This document shows positions 25,766-37,595 of a DNA stretch of 64,000 bases, piece by piece. Location of the stretch: positions 434,001 to 498,000 of the forward strand of contig LSRY02000034.1 of assembly GCA_001643675.2 (NCBI GenBank). The letters are read 5' to 3'. The notes below the pieces were generated by a model. The model was not told where the DNA came from, searched no databases, and saw nothing but the letters and a program-made list of their open reading frames with translations. The DNA is from Monocercomonoides exilis PA203. Its lineage: Eukaryota > Protista > Preaxostyla. Numbering within the stretch: position 1 is the first letter of the stretch; each line of letters opens with the position of its first letter. Both the position numbers and the translations under genes were made by a program.

Positions 25766-26594
25766 AAAGCTGAATGCGAATCCTTTTATTGCAACTCCAA
25801 ATACATATTTCTGTTCCAATTTTTGATTCGGTTGTTGATCTCGAAGGCTCATGATATCGTCAGTCTCACAGAAATACTATGCAATTGGTTTATATTATAT
25901 GAAGGGTTATTCTGTTGAGCAGGTTAATTCGATGGATCCTGGATGCTATTCAACAGACATTCGTGCCTTATCTTATTTATATTTTTATTTTGCGATGCGA
26001 TGGTTGTATATGCAACAATTTGGAAAAGTGAACCACTTTCGATGCATATTCTGCGAATGAAACATCAATTTCTTGGTGATTTATTGAGGATGAGCAAAGA
26101 AGGATAAATGCTCCAAAAGAGATGCGATTTGAAACAATTTCTGGATGTTATTTTGAAAAGCATTTGAATTGAATAGATGAACAATATTGAAGCACAATTT
26201 ATATGAAAGCATGCCAAATTAAATGAATGAAAAAAGAAATTTGTTGCGGTGTCATGAGACTTTCAAGAGGTTTATTTTTGATTTCTTTTGAATAATAAAT
26301 TATTTCTATCTTTATTCACTTTGTCGGTTTTGAATTTTTATTCTCGCCCTTCCAGGAGGTGCGGTGTAACAACAAATAAAATACACAAAAATTAATCAGA
26401 AACGAAACAAGCAAACTCAAACACGTAGGTAATCTCAAAATCAAATGACCAACAGAAACCAAGGAAAATGAAATAATAAGAATGAAACAATCATTGAATA
26501 ACCAAATGAAAGGCTTCAAATCACTTGACGAAAATCTGCTCAATTGGTTTCTTGTGAAAGCAGCACGAGCAATGATCACTGCCCAAAGAACAAA

Positions 26595-29500
26595 TCAGTT
26601 CCACTGAGTGTCCGTGATGAGCGAGGCACAGACAATTTTTGTGTCTTCAGTGCAATCGATTGCATCTGACACAGTCACCATCGTGGCACCAGATGGGAAG
26701 TGTTGGAAAAACTCGCGCTTCATCCCAAACAGCGACGGGCGGTCGTCTTTGTTCTGCGCCACTGCCGATCTCACCAGGCGGCTGTATGTTGTCCCTTCAA
26801 TTTCAGACAGATCTGGTCTCTCTCCATTCACAATCTTCTGCCCTGCCACATCTGCCTCGTACTCCCCAAACGGAACATCCAGCGTCAGACACTCCCACAG
26901 CATCATCCCAATCGAAAACGCAACTGCCTTCTTTTTTGCTCCCATCTTCTTGTTGACCATCAGCTCTGGTGCTTTCCATCTCAAAAACTCTTTTCTGTTG
27001 TTTTCATCATCCTCAAACGCAGATGAGGGCGGAGGCGAGTCTGTGAACCTCTCGCTCAGAACAGAGGCATTCGAGGAAGAAGAAACAATGGTCATTGAAG
27101 ACAAGGAAGATGAATCTGAACTATCATCAGAAGAACAGTCTGAGTGCATTGCAATGCAAATAACCACGTGTCCTGAGAAAAGAACAATGTGAGGACTCAG
27201 ATTGGAAAGTGAAGAAAGAGGGTTTTCCATCTCATCAAAGGAGTGAAGTGCAAGATTGGCCACACAGAACAGGATCTGAGCAGCCGTCAACTCCCTCTCT
27301 TGCAAAGTGCCAATTGCCATTTCTTTCTTCTCATTTCTTCCATGCAGAAGCATGAACAGCGAATCCCTCAAGTCCACAATCAACTTCTCATGTGGTGATG
27401 AACATGCCATTGCATCCACCAGATTCGACATCGATGAAGTGGTTGGGCACAAATCCTCCCCTCGAACAAATGTGGAATCTGAATCAGTTGAGCATGTCGA
27501 AGATATTGATGGTGATGGAGTCTGTTTTCTAATTTCCTCTTCCTCCTTTTCATCCACTTTCTCCAGTATCCATTGAGGAATCTTGTCTGAATCTCTTCCC
27601 AATATATATTCTGTTGATCCACTCTCAGACAGAAGATGCTCTGATGACTCTGAATGTTCCATGTTCGAATCATACACCCTCTTCTTTATCCTTTCTTCAT
27701 TCTTCGTCTCTGCCTCCCTCTCAGCTCTCCTCCACTGTGCCTCAGGTGACATCTCCATCGTCACCATCTCAATCAGCTTCGGATCCTTTTTCACTGTGTC
27801 ATTCACAATCTCTCTCAGATCTTCTGCTTCATTCTTTGCCTTCCTCCATCGAACAATAAATATTATCGACACAATTAATAGCACTACAACAATCACAATG
27901 CAAACAATCAACAACCAATAAGATTTCCTTTCTTTCCCTCCTTCAACAATCCTTTCATCTCCATTCACCTTGGGCTCACTTCTGTTCTTCACAATGAAAG
28001 AATCAGTCGAAGATTGGTTATTTCCATCTCCAAACAGAATGCTCACTCTCACCTCTGCATCATCTCCTGCCTCACTTATCATCTCCTTTGCAACCCTCCC
28101 TTCGACTTCTGTCTCTGAAGCATATCCACTCTCATCAAACTCATATTTCTCAATCTGCTTTTCTTCTCCCATCTGTTTCACAATCATGAATGACAAGTCG
28201 CATGGCAGCAGCTCCTTCCCTTTGAACACAATCTCTACTTCTCCCACTTCCTTTGTTTCAACACTCTCCAGCACTGGAATGAAGAATGGAGATGTCCTTT
28301 CAGATGCAATCCCTTCCAATGAACATCCTCTCTCCAATATCCACAACGAGGGATTTGGCAAAACGCCATCTCCACCTTTCAAACTCACAACATTCAATTT
28401 TGAAGAGCCTTCACACATTATGTTCCTTCTCGCAGATCAGTAATTCGGAATGGACGGATTGTTGTTTTCAAACTTTCCATCCAATATCTTCACTAATCCA
28501 CCTGTCACAGAAAGCCCTCCTTTCTTCGAGTTGCAGATTGTTGTGTCTTTCATTGTCACATTGCTTGATGCAACACCCACAACTGATCCATTCCAATGAC
28601 ACAATTGATCATGCTCCTTCATCTCCACTTCATCTTCATAATAATTGTCTTGACTGTGATTGCCATCCTCTTCTTCTTCTTCCTTTTCCTCCTTTTCATC
28701 TCCATCGAACTCACAAGAAATAACAGACACATCTGAACTGCTTGAAATCGACAACTGGCATCCTCTTTCTGTTGGAAGTTCACACAAAGAAAATGAACAG
28801 TTAATAAAATTCACGCGTGTCTTGTGACTCTCAATTCTCACAACACTGTTGTTGTTGGTGTTCTCATTTGATGAAATATTCTCAAATGTTGCAGCAGATA
28901 TTCTGAGTCTTCCGATATCTTCAGTATTTCTTCCATTTTCATTCACATCCAGCTCTTCCTTGTTCATTGAGATCAAGCATCCATTGTTCAATGAGATGTT
29001 GGTACAGTTCATTTTTTCAATCGAGACAATTGCGCTCAATCCAATTGCCACAACATCGGCAGTCGATGTGAGAGATTGCAAAGTTGTTTGTGACAGCACA
29101 ATTTCTGACTCATCAGAAAATATCAGCAAGGGCTTTGCAAAAGACATCCAGCTGAATGATGTTTCGCTCATCCTCAGAACTCCTCCCCAAACAGCTATCA
29201 CATGTGAATGCAGCTCCAATGAAGCTTTTGCAGATGAGAATATGCACTGAGATATTTCTAACACACCATTCGATTCAGCGAATACATCCAAGTGTATGGC
29301 CTCAAATGAAGAGGCAAATGATATCAAGCAGTTGCGAACTGTGCAATCACCTTCAAACAGAACCACACTCTGGGCATCTCCTGTGTGTGGAATGGTTGTA
29401 CTCAGCTGGATTGTTGCCTGCTGCTTTGTTGAAGGCAGGATGGACAGGCCATGCACAGTTGTTTCTGAGAGGAAAGTGGATGAAGTGTTGATGAAAATGG

Positions 29501-32500
29501 TGTTGAGCAGTCCTTGCTGAATGTGGCGAACAGCAGATGAGATGCTCTGGCAGGGGTTTGTTGGCAACCCACACTGACGAGTGTCTGCCGAATCGAGGCA
29601 CACAAAGATCTGTGGTGCATAGAAGAAGGTGATCAAGGGGATCAAGTCCACATCCTGCTCATCAGCATCACTCGCACAGATGGACTGGTCTGATTGGAGC
29701 GATTCCTGGGAGAAGTCGAGGGCAAAGAGTGTTTCGTTGATCTGCCGCTCGATCGACTGGCAGCTGACGAATATATCCTTCCCCACAAGTGCATCATTCA
29801 TTGTGAATCGGATTTCTGATGTTTTCAGCGGGAGAAAAGATGGTTCATCAGGAGCTGGTGATGGAGATGAGGGATCAGCACAATCAAACATCATTCCTCC
29901 TCCTCTCCCAGTGACTGTTGAACATCTGCAGATTGTGAATGAGCATTGCTTCACCTCCACCGATGACTCTCCACTCTTCACACACATCATCAATGCCCCT
30001 CCCCTTTCACTCGTCTCGCTCACACACCGGCTGAATGTGCACTTCTCAACAACACTCTCCACAGTATCGAACACTCCGAGGCAAAGAATGATTGCACTGT
30101 TACCAGAGCATGTGTTGTTAGCAAATGAGGATGACTGAATTTGGAGGGAGCAACAAGGCTTGTCTGACACTTCGTTGTGAGCAGATGAATGCTGAGACAG
30201 ATGAGATGGTGCTCTTTCGAATGATATAAGAGAGTTCGAAGTTGTCGAAACATTCGAGACTGTCATGTTGGAAAAGATGATTGACTGAGTGGGAAGTGAA
30301 ACAAGGAGAAATGGACGAGTGGATGAAAAAGAGGACAATGTGCAATTGTCAATCAGCAGGCTTCCCTCTGAAACACTCAACAAAGTGAATGAGACAGGCT
30401 CACTTGCACTTTGAGGGGTGAAAGAGCACTGCTTCATTTCGAGAAGCGATGAGGAAGTTGAGGATCTGATGAATGTTCTGTGATGGGCAAATGCTGTTGG
30501 GATGTGGAAGGAGAGAACCTCAAATGAAAGATGAATGGTCGCATGGATCATCCATCCTTCATTTCCAATCTGATCATCACCCACAGCTATCCCTGACTCA
30601 TTGCCTTTCCCAATAATTGTCAGCGAGACTTGTTCTGATTCGATAGAAGATGAAAGTGAAAGGGATGAAGCGAGCGTGGAAATGTGGGATAGTGAGATGG
30701 ACAATTCATCTTCTTCATCAGAAGAACTTCCAGGGAGTGGGGTGAATTTGAGGGAGATGAGATGAGAGATAGACCTGCATGGAGCAACAGCATATCCACA
30801 TCCACTGAAGTCTCCTCCTTCCTCTCCATCGACAAACCCACTCCCACTGAAGTTGCTCCACAGATACACAGCAAGCGGAATCACAAACCCAACCCCTGTG
30901 CTGCCTCTCTCCCACCCACACAGTTCGTCTAGCGATGACTTTTCCTTCTCACTCATCTCCCAACAGAAATGCGCTGAATCTACAACCTCATCCAGAGCAC
31001 TCCCATTCACAAACACATTCTTCCCTTTCCAGGCATAGCACATCACAAACCTCATATCCCCAAAAGCAAACTGAGTTGCCTCATCCTCCAATGACAGAAA
31101 TATTCCTCCTCCCAAGCCATCCTCTTCTCCTTCTTCTCTCTTTCCTGCACAGCACCCTTCAAACATCGATGATCCATTCACAACCATTTCATCACTGCCT
31201 CTCAGACACACATGTGTCCCTCCTCCTTTTGCTCTATTTCCCTTTTCCCAACATCCATTCAATGTGCAGTTGTCAATTATCAGTTGCTTCTTTTCTAGCT
31301 CATGGGCATTTGACTCATCCTCAACACAAACACAAACACAAGATCCATCCCCATTCTCTTTTGTGACTCCCTCAAAAACACACTCAACACAATTCACAAC
31401 AAAACTGCTCCCTTTCCCTTCAATCAACGAATGAGAAGAAAACACCATTTCTCCTTTTGTCTCAAACATTTCTATCTTCAACTCCCCTCCAACCACACTC
31501 ACAAAGCAGAATCCAATCACACTCCCTGACTCAGATGATGAATTCATTGATGAACAGGTCGAAAGAGTGAGAGAAGAAGTGGAAGCTGGGAGTGTGATGA
31601 AAGAGTGAGCATCTGAGAGAGAAAAAGGAAGAGAGAAGCAGATGTTGTATATTGAGCACTCGGTGGAGATACTCACCAGCCATTGATTGGAGAGCTCTGC
31701 TGGCGCATGCACATCAACAACAATTCCCCTTTCCTCACATGAGATGTTCCAAACGAGTCCATCCATCATCATCTCCTCATCCAGTTCATATCCCTCTTTA
31801 ACAACAATCTGCCTTTGTGATGAGCCAAATCTGAGATGAGCAGCATGCATTATCGTCAGGCATGGAAAATTACTGAATCCACAAAAATTCGAATCAAAAA
31901 CCCAGTTTCCTTCAGTTCCTCCAACATGCGCTGGTGGTTGGAATGACTCCAAAAACACATTCAAAGGAAACAGTCCCATCTCACTCAGACTTCTATCAAA
32001 TCCCATCAACTCTTCATATCCAAACTCATTCAGAGAAACACAAATCTTCTCCAAATTGATTGTCTCGCCATTCATGTTGCTCCCATTCACAAAGATATCT
32101 CTCCCTCCCTCTCTTGCCTCACAATCCACAAAACTCATTGACGAAATCACAAAGTCCGCTGCCCCATCCCCCAGCCAGAGATACAAACCTCCTCCACACT
32201 TGCTGCATGAACATGAGTCGAGTGTGGTTGGAAACAAGGAAGATCCCATTCTGAAGACACTGGTTGATGATGTCATGTCAATTCTGATCCCTCCTCCACT
32301 CCCACTCCTGCACTCACAGTTCTCAATTGTTGTATTCCACAGACAAAATGACTCTCCCTCACTGATTGTCTTTGAAAACACTGCTCCATCCCCTTCTGTT
32401 TTGATCACATGTGAAAAGTTGGAATTTGCAATAAAACATTCATCATTGTTTGGAAGAGAAGAAGATGAAGAAGATACAAATAATGAAGCAGAAGAGGTTT

Positions 32501-34737
32501 CTTGAAAGAAACTGGCCTTGGACAATATGTTCTCGACAATGCAATCAGTCATTAGAAAGTTGGCAAAATTCACTTCAAACAAACTGTTCAAATATTCTTT
32601 TGAAGGAAGGCCTTCCTGATTCATCGGAGTGCCGATTTCCAGCTCTTGAAGAAATATTTGAGAATTGGATGAGCTCAGTCGGAACAGTCTTGAACTTTCA
32701 TGTGAGTCAAACACAATCCTCACAAAAGACAATTTGCATATCCCATCATCAACACTCAGAAACACTTGATCTTCTCCAACCTGGACTGGATTCAATTTAG
32801 TCAGATCCTTTCCTCTCCCCTGAATAGAAATTCTCTTCCCAAATACAATATATCCATTTGATTCAATCATTTCATAAGTTCCCTCGATCAGCATGATTCT
32901 GCATCTGCTCCTTGTTAATTCATTTTCAAGTGTGAATTTCAATGAGCTGCAACCATCCTCAACCGTCAACCCACACAGCGCATCATTGTTTCCTCCATCT
33001 GGAATGACATATCTCACAAGAAATCCATTTGAAAGCCACTCATTTTTTGTGCCTTGTGAGGAGCTCACACATCGACTTTCTCCACTTGTCAGCGAATAAC
33101 ATTCCACAAAAGGATTTTCTTTTATCTTTTCATCAGTATCATAAAAATACGCATCAGATGCCTGTGAGGCAGAATTGTTGAAAAAGAAACAATAGAAACA
33201 AAATTTAGCATTCAATTCGAGAGAATTGACATATATATAGATACCTCCTCCATGTGAAGTGTTCGCAGAACAATTTTGAAAGGCACATTCGCTCATAATG
33301 AAGAATGATTGAATATGCCTTTCAACACAAAGGCCACCTCCATAGTGACTTTCTGCCGTTTCATTTGCACAAGTGACATTGAACAAAAGGATTGGCAATC
33401 CATTTTCTAGAGTGTTTGAATTGCATTCCGTTGATAAGGAAGTGCCACTGTGACCCAAATATATTGCGCCTCCATACCATGATGAATATCCATTTTTTGC
33501 GATAGTGTGAGCAATGTCATAGCACTGAGATTTATCAATAAAGATTGCTCCTCCATAAGAGCCCACATTTTCGTTATTTCTTTTTCCAATGCAATGATCA
33601 AAGGTGCAGTTTCCTATTTTTGTGCTCACAGAATCAAAAACGCAAATTCCTCCTCCCCATCTGCTGCAAGAACAATCCTATATTCAAGAAAAAAATGAAG
33701 AAAAAAAATTCCTGAAAATTTTCACGTGAGAATCACAAAATAAACCAAACCCTAAATATACAGCTCTGAATAGTCAGCATTGATGAAGGACCATTGAAAA
33801 AGATGGCTCCTCCACAAGTGTGAAATCCATCATCTGTTGCTGAATAATCAGTGACATGCTGATTGGCAAATTCTGTGTATTCAAAGCTCCAATCTTCATT
33901 CAGTTTCACTCTTGAACTTGAATTCATTGTTCTGGCACAATGCATCACACTTGCGTTGAATACATGTAATGACAGATTGCTGTCTCCAATTCCTCCATAA
34001 AACACATTTTCAACGCCACAAAACTCACACACAGAAATCATGAAGGCCGCGCTTCCTTTTTGAAGAGATGAGATTTCTGAACAAAATGGATCCTTCTTTT
34101 GAGTGGAAGAAATGTTTGAGAAGATACATTTGGTCATGGATAAAGAAGACGAAGGTGAGGACTCAATTATCGGAGCCTTTGCAAACACAAAATCAGATAA
34201 TGTCGAAGATGACAACATGATTGCTTCAAAAATTTTCACAATCCTTCTCTTGCTGCCTGAATGCTCAGAAACCACTAATTGTGGTATTTGACCGATTTGA
34301 CTTTTTGTGTTCAATGATATGTTGTTGAAGAGTGCTCTTCCATGGGCAATTCTGAACATGCCATTTTCTTTCTCATCGTTGCACAATATCACACATCCAT
34401 GAACTGCAATGCTTGAGAAAGTGCCATCAACAATATTGGAATTTCCTCTGATTTGAAACAGCAACTGTGAGAATGTTATCGAAGAATTCACAAATGCAAA
34501 TGACGTTTTCAAATAGGTACTTTCAAAAGCCGTTCGAAAATAATTGAAGGCATATCGATCTTTGCTATGGTTAACTTGTTCAATGTCTTGCTTAACGTCA
34601 TCTGATGAATATTCAAATTTTTCTCAAAATCCAACAAAGGGAGATTGAAATTGTCTATCATTGAAACAATAATCTTCAATTGAATAAGTGGTTTTCAAAG
34701 AACTCAATGAAATTATCAAATAGATTGTAAGCCACAT
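26595..34737 (-). pseudogene. Giant single-pass surface protein (signal peptide, GG-repeat beta-helix ectodomain, TM, cytoplasmic kinase-like C-lobe) with two in-frame TGA codons
   Basis: ATG 34737 MWLTIYLIISLSSL, TGA at 34624-34626, intron 33678-33750, repeated GGA(I/L)/GGG motifs, TGA at 28437-28439 (PNY*SARRN), TM YWLLIVCIVIVVVLLIVSIIFIV, then LRWKAPEL..FSIGMMLWECLTLDVPF..NGERP..DRPS. No frameshift seen. Confidence 0.75.
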
Positions 34738-34880
34738 GGAGTTCTCTTTAAAATATGGGTGCTTTTTCAGATTTTCAAATATTTTGGGATGTTTCACACC
34801 AAAAATTGATATTTCACAAGAATGTCAATCTTTTTAACATTATTTACTTATTTCTGTATAATCTGAAGATATCGTCATAA

Positions 34881-35185
34881 AGCCTCTGCGACCGACAAAC
34901 ATTTTTTAAATGACTCGATAAGTCCACCATCAATTCGATCCAGTTTTGACATTTTGAAATATTATTTAATAAAATTTTTATTTTTATTTCAAGAAACGAA
35001 AAAAATATCTTTTATTGAACATTTGGAAATCGACGAATAATCTTAATTTAAATGAGAAATGTATTATCATTGTTTTTAACATTAAAAAAAAATTCTGCTT
35101 TTGTATGTGTTATCTGCTGATCTTTGTCGAGATCAGTCGAATGATAAAGATTAGTCGATTGATAAAGATCAGTCGAACTGTCGGT
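34881..35185 (-). repeat. Dispersed upstream module with three AGAT(C/T)AGTC units (18-bp period), possible promoter element
   Basis: Homologous in inverted orientation to 59187-59490 (GTTATC..GATC.TT..GAGATCAGTC array plus GCCTxTGC..CCGAC..CGATAAGTC block). Confidence 0.6.
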
Positions 35186-35291
35186 TTGGAATGAAAATAA
35201 AAGATCTTTTTGACTATTTGTAATCTTTTCCATTTCGAGACTTTCGCACACATATTTAACAATTTATTCGTTTATAACTTATCGCACCTGT

Positions 35292-35497
35292 GGGGTAATT
35301 AGGACTTTCAAGCTTTTTTGAACAAAGCACAAAAAAATTGTTCGACTCATAACTATATCATGCTTTCTGAAATTTCAAAATGATTTTGTTTTTCTTTTCG
35401 GCAAATGTCCATCAAGGATGTTATTACAGAAAGTTTTGTGACATTCCATGTATGTCAAAAAGTGAACTCATTTTAATTGTATTTATTGTAAACAAAT
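35292..35497 (+). mobile_element. Diverged, interrupted family-B copy
   Basis: GGGGTAATTAGGACTTTCAAGCTTTTTTGAACAAAGCA... aligns with 11717 onward and is interrupted at 35498. Confidence 0.7.
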
Positions 35498-35751
35498 GGG
35501 TGATTATTTTTGAAATCATAACTTTTTTGGGGGTGTTGATTTTTCTTAAATTGTTTTCCTTTGGGAAGAAATTTTCCATTCTAGTGCTTTAATAATCACA
35601 ACTGTTTCAAAAACAAATGTTTGAGCTAATTTGAAAAAATAGTGGTCTTGAAAATGTGTGTTCACTTTTCAATGTTACTTTATCAGTATTTATAGTTAAT
35701 TCTAAAACCGAAATTTTTGACAGGAAAAAAGGATTTTATAAACAATCACCA
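35498..35751. mobile_element. Family-A-related MITE nested in the family-B copy
   Basis: AAAT|GGGTGATTATTTTTGAAATC ... GATTTTATAAACAATCACCA|AAAT, an imperfect TIR with direct AAAT flanks. Confidence 0.55.
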
Positions 35752-36140
35752 AAATATATAATTTTCAACAATGGATTTTGTCTGCCTGTTTGGATTTAAC
35801 TTCAATTTTTCTTGTAAAAATTAAAATTATTTTCAAAAAAAAAATGAGCACAACAAAAGATAATGATATTAAGAATTCAAAATAAATGGGACTGAATTCT
35901 AGCAATCAGAAAAATTCAATTATTCGTTTCAAATTTTTTCTGCAATTGTTTAATTATAATTATAAAAATATCGAACAATATAAAATATAGAAACATAAAA
36001 AAGTCAAGAACAATCTTTGAAAGAACTGTGAGGAACAAAATTCATGAAGCAAAAAATTTCGTCTAAGATTCATTTATGAAAAATAAAAATAATTAAATAA
36101 CACAAGATTTTAAACAAATATACAGATATCGCACAAAATA

Positions 36141-36463
36141 CAGGACAAGGTTGTTTTCACAATAACTTCAAGAGAAATAATTCTGATAATTTTTTTCAAA
36201 ATATATCTCATCAATGCAAACTCAATTGACATACAAAACTTTCAAAACAGCTTCATTTGTGCTCAGTAAATAATATTATTGAAATTTCGGAGAAATAGGA
36301 TTTTGAGTTACCCCGAGCTTTCAATCATTAATTTTCTCTGAGCACAAATGAGGAAGTCATGAAAGTCTTGTATGTCAATTGAGTTTGCATTGATGAGATA
36401 TATTTTGAAAAAAATCATCAGATATACTCTTTGAGTGGTTATTGTGAAAACAACCTTGTCCGG
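36141..36463. mobile_element. Foldback/palindromic MITE with TA flanks (Tc1/mariner-type)
   Basis: Arms of about 140 bp: TA|CAGGACAAGGTTGTTTTCACAATAAC...CAAAATATATCTCATCAATGCAAACTCAATTGACATACAA versus its reverse complement ending CAACCTTGTCCGG|TA. Confidence 0.8.
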
Positions 36464-36839
36464 TACTATTTGCGATGTCATGAATTTTTTGCACAAACTG
36501 TATATTCATTTTGTTTTAAGTATTTATTCGATTGCAAAAATTTTTGCTTAGATAAAGTTTTGGTGAATTGTGTATGACACAAACAATTTTTCATTTATTA
36601 TTACTGAAAAAGAATTATCTGCAATCTCATATCAATATATTTAAAAAAAAATTGATTTTCTATTCGGCTAACTAAAGTTGTTGATATATTCAGTTATATA
36701 TTTCATTTTCTTAATTGTTTTTTCAAAACACAAATTAAAATGCAAAGCCTTTTAATTCTTAAGAACAATCGTTGAACTTCAACACCCCCTTATTTTGGGA
36801 GTGAGCGCCATATAAAGGGCTCAGTCGTTTAATAGATCA

Positions 36840-37595
36840 ATGGAAATTGAAGCTACTAATTTTGGACCTTCGTCTGAACCAAGCAGTATATTCTCTGCGG
36901 GCGGACCAACGGGCGGCTTGGATCTATCTCAATCCAACTCCACAAGTAGCTCAACATCCCCCATCTCACAGACTCAATCAACCCAAAGTCACAGCGGGTC
37001 ACATGTTATTCCGTCAACCAACAAACTTTCAACTTTATCAACGGAACTCTTCGGGGAAGCTGTGGCTGCTCCAGTATTTAATTTTCAGCTTGATCGCGCA
37101 GATGTTCAGAAAACCAAGAATGCTTATGAATCTTTATCATTTGTCCCATTCATACCATCGCAAACACATTCCCATTCAAGACCCTCAAATTGGATAAAGG
37201 ATGTCTTGGATTCGAGCTGCTGGAGAGTGGAGCAATATCTATTTCCCGCTCTGAAGGCTCTAATTTTACTACAGGATGAAGGAGCTTCGCAACGGGATAG
37301 ACTTGCTGATGCTGTGCTTATGATCATTGCTGCGTTGTAAGAAACAAGACATTCCCGCATTCAGGCCGAATATGGTTTCAGGGCTGCTCGAGTTCTGAAG
37401 GATGGCTCAGAAGATCCTCTTATAACCAGCGACAAACTCGAGATCATCAAGCCTATTCTAGAAGCCAAACACATAAATGCGAAACCACAACCAAAAAGAA
37501 GAATAACAAGAACAAGATTTTTTCGCGTCGAGGCCCGCAGCAGCGGGCCTCGACCAGGAACATTTTCCAGGAAAGCTTGGGGAAAGAAGCAATAG
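36840..37595 (+). pseudogene. DIRS gag-like ORF1
   Basis: ATG immediately after the left ITR (TATAAA at 36811). One in-frame TAA at 37338-37340, after which the frame continues to TAG at 37595. Confidence 0.65.

Noticed and set aside
25851-26260. Small ORF downstream of MLH1
   Set aside because: Short, interrupted and without a recognisable family, so it cannot be supported.
28437-28439. Selenocysteine at the in-frame TGA
   Set aside because: The position is not a Cys or redox motif and no SECIS could be recognised.
35114-35185. CRISPR-like or iteron array
   Set aside because: Only three short tandem units without unique spacers, no cas genes, and a eukaryotic context.
37580-37586. -1 ribosomal frameshift heptamer G GGA AAG at the gag-pol junction
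   Set aside because: It is in the correct frame, but G at the last position is a weak eukaryotic slippery site, no clear downstream structure was seen, and the copy is mutated.
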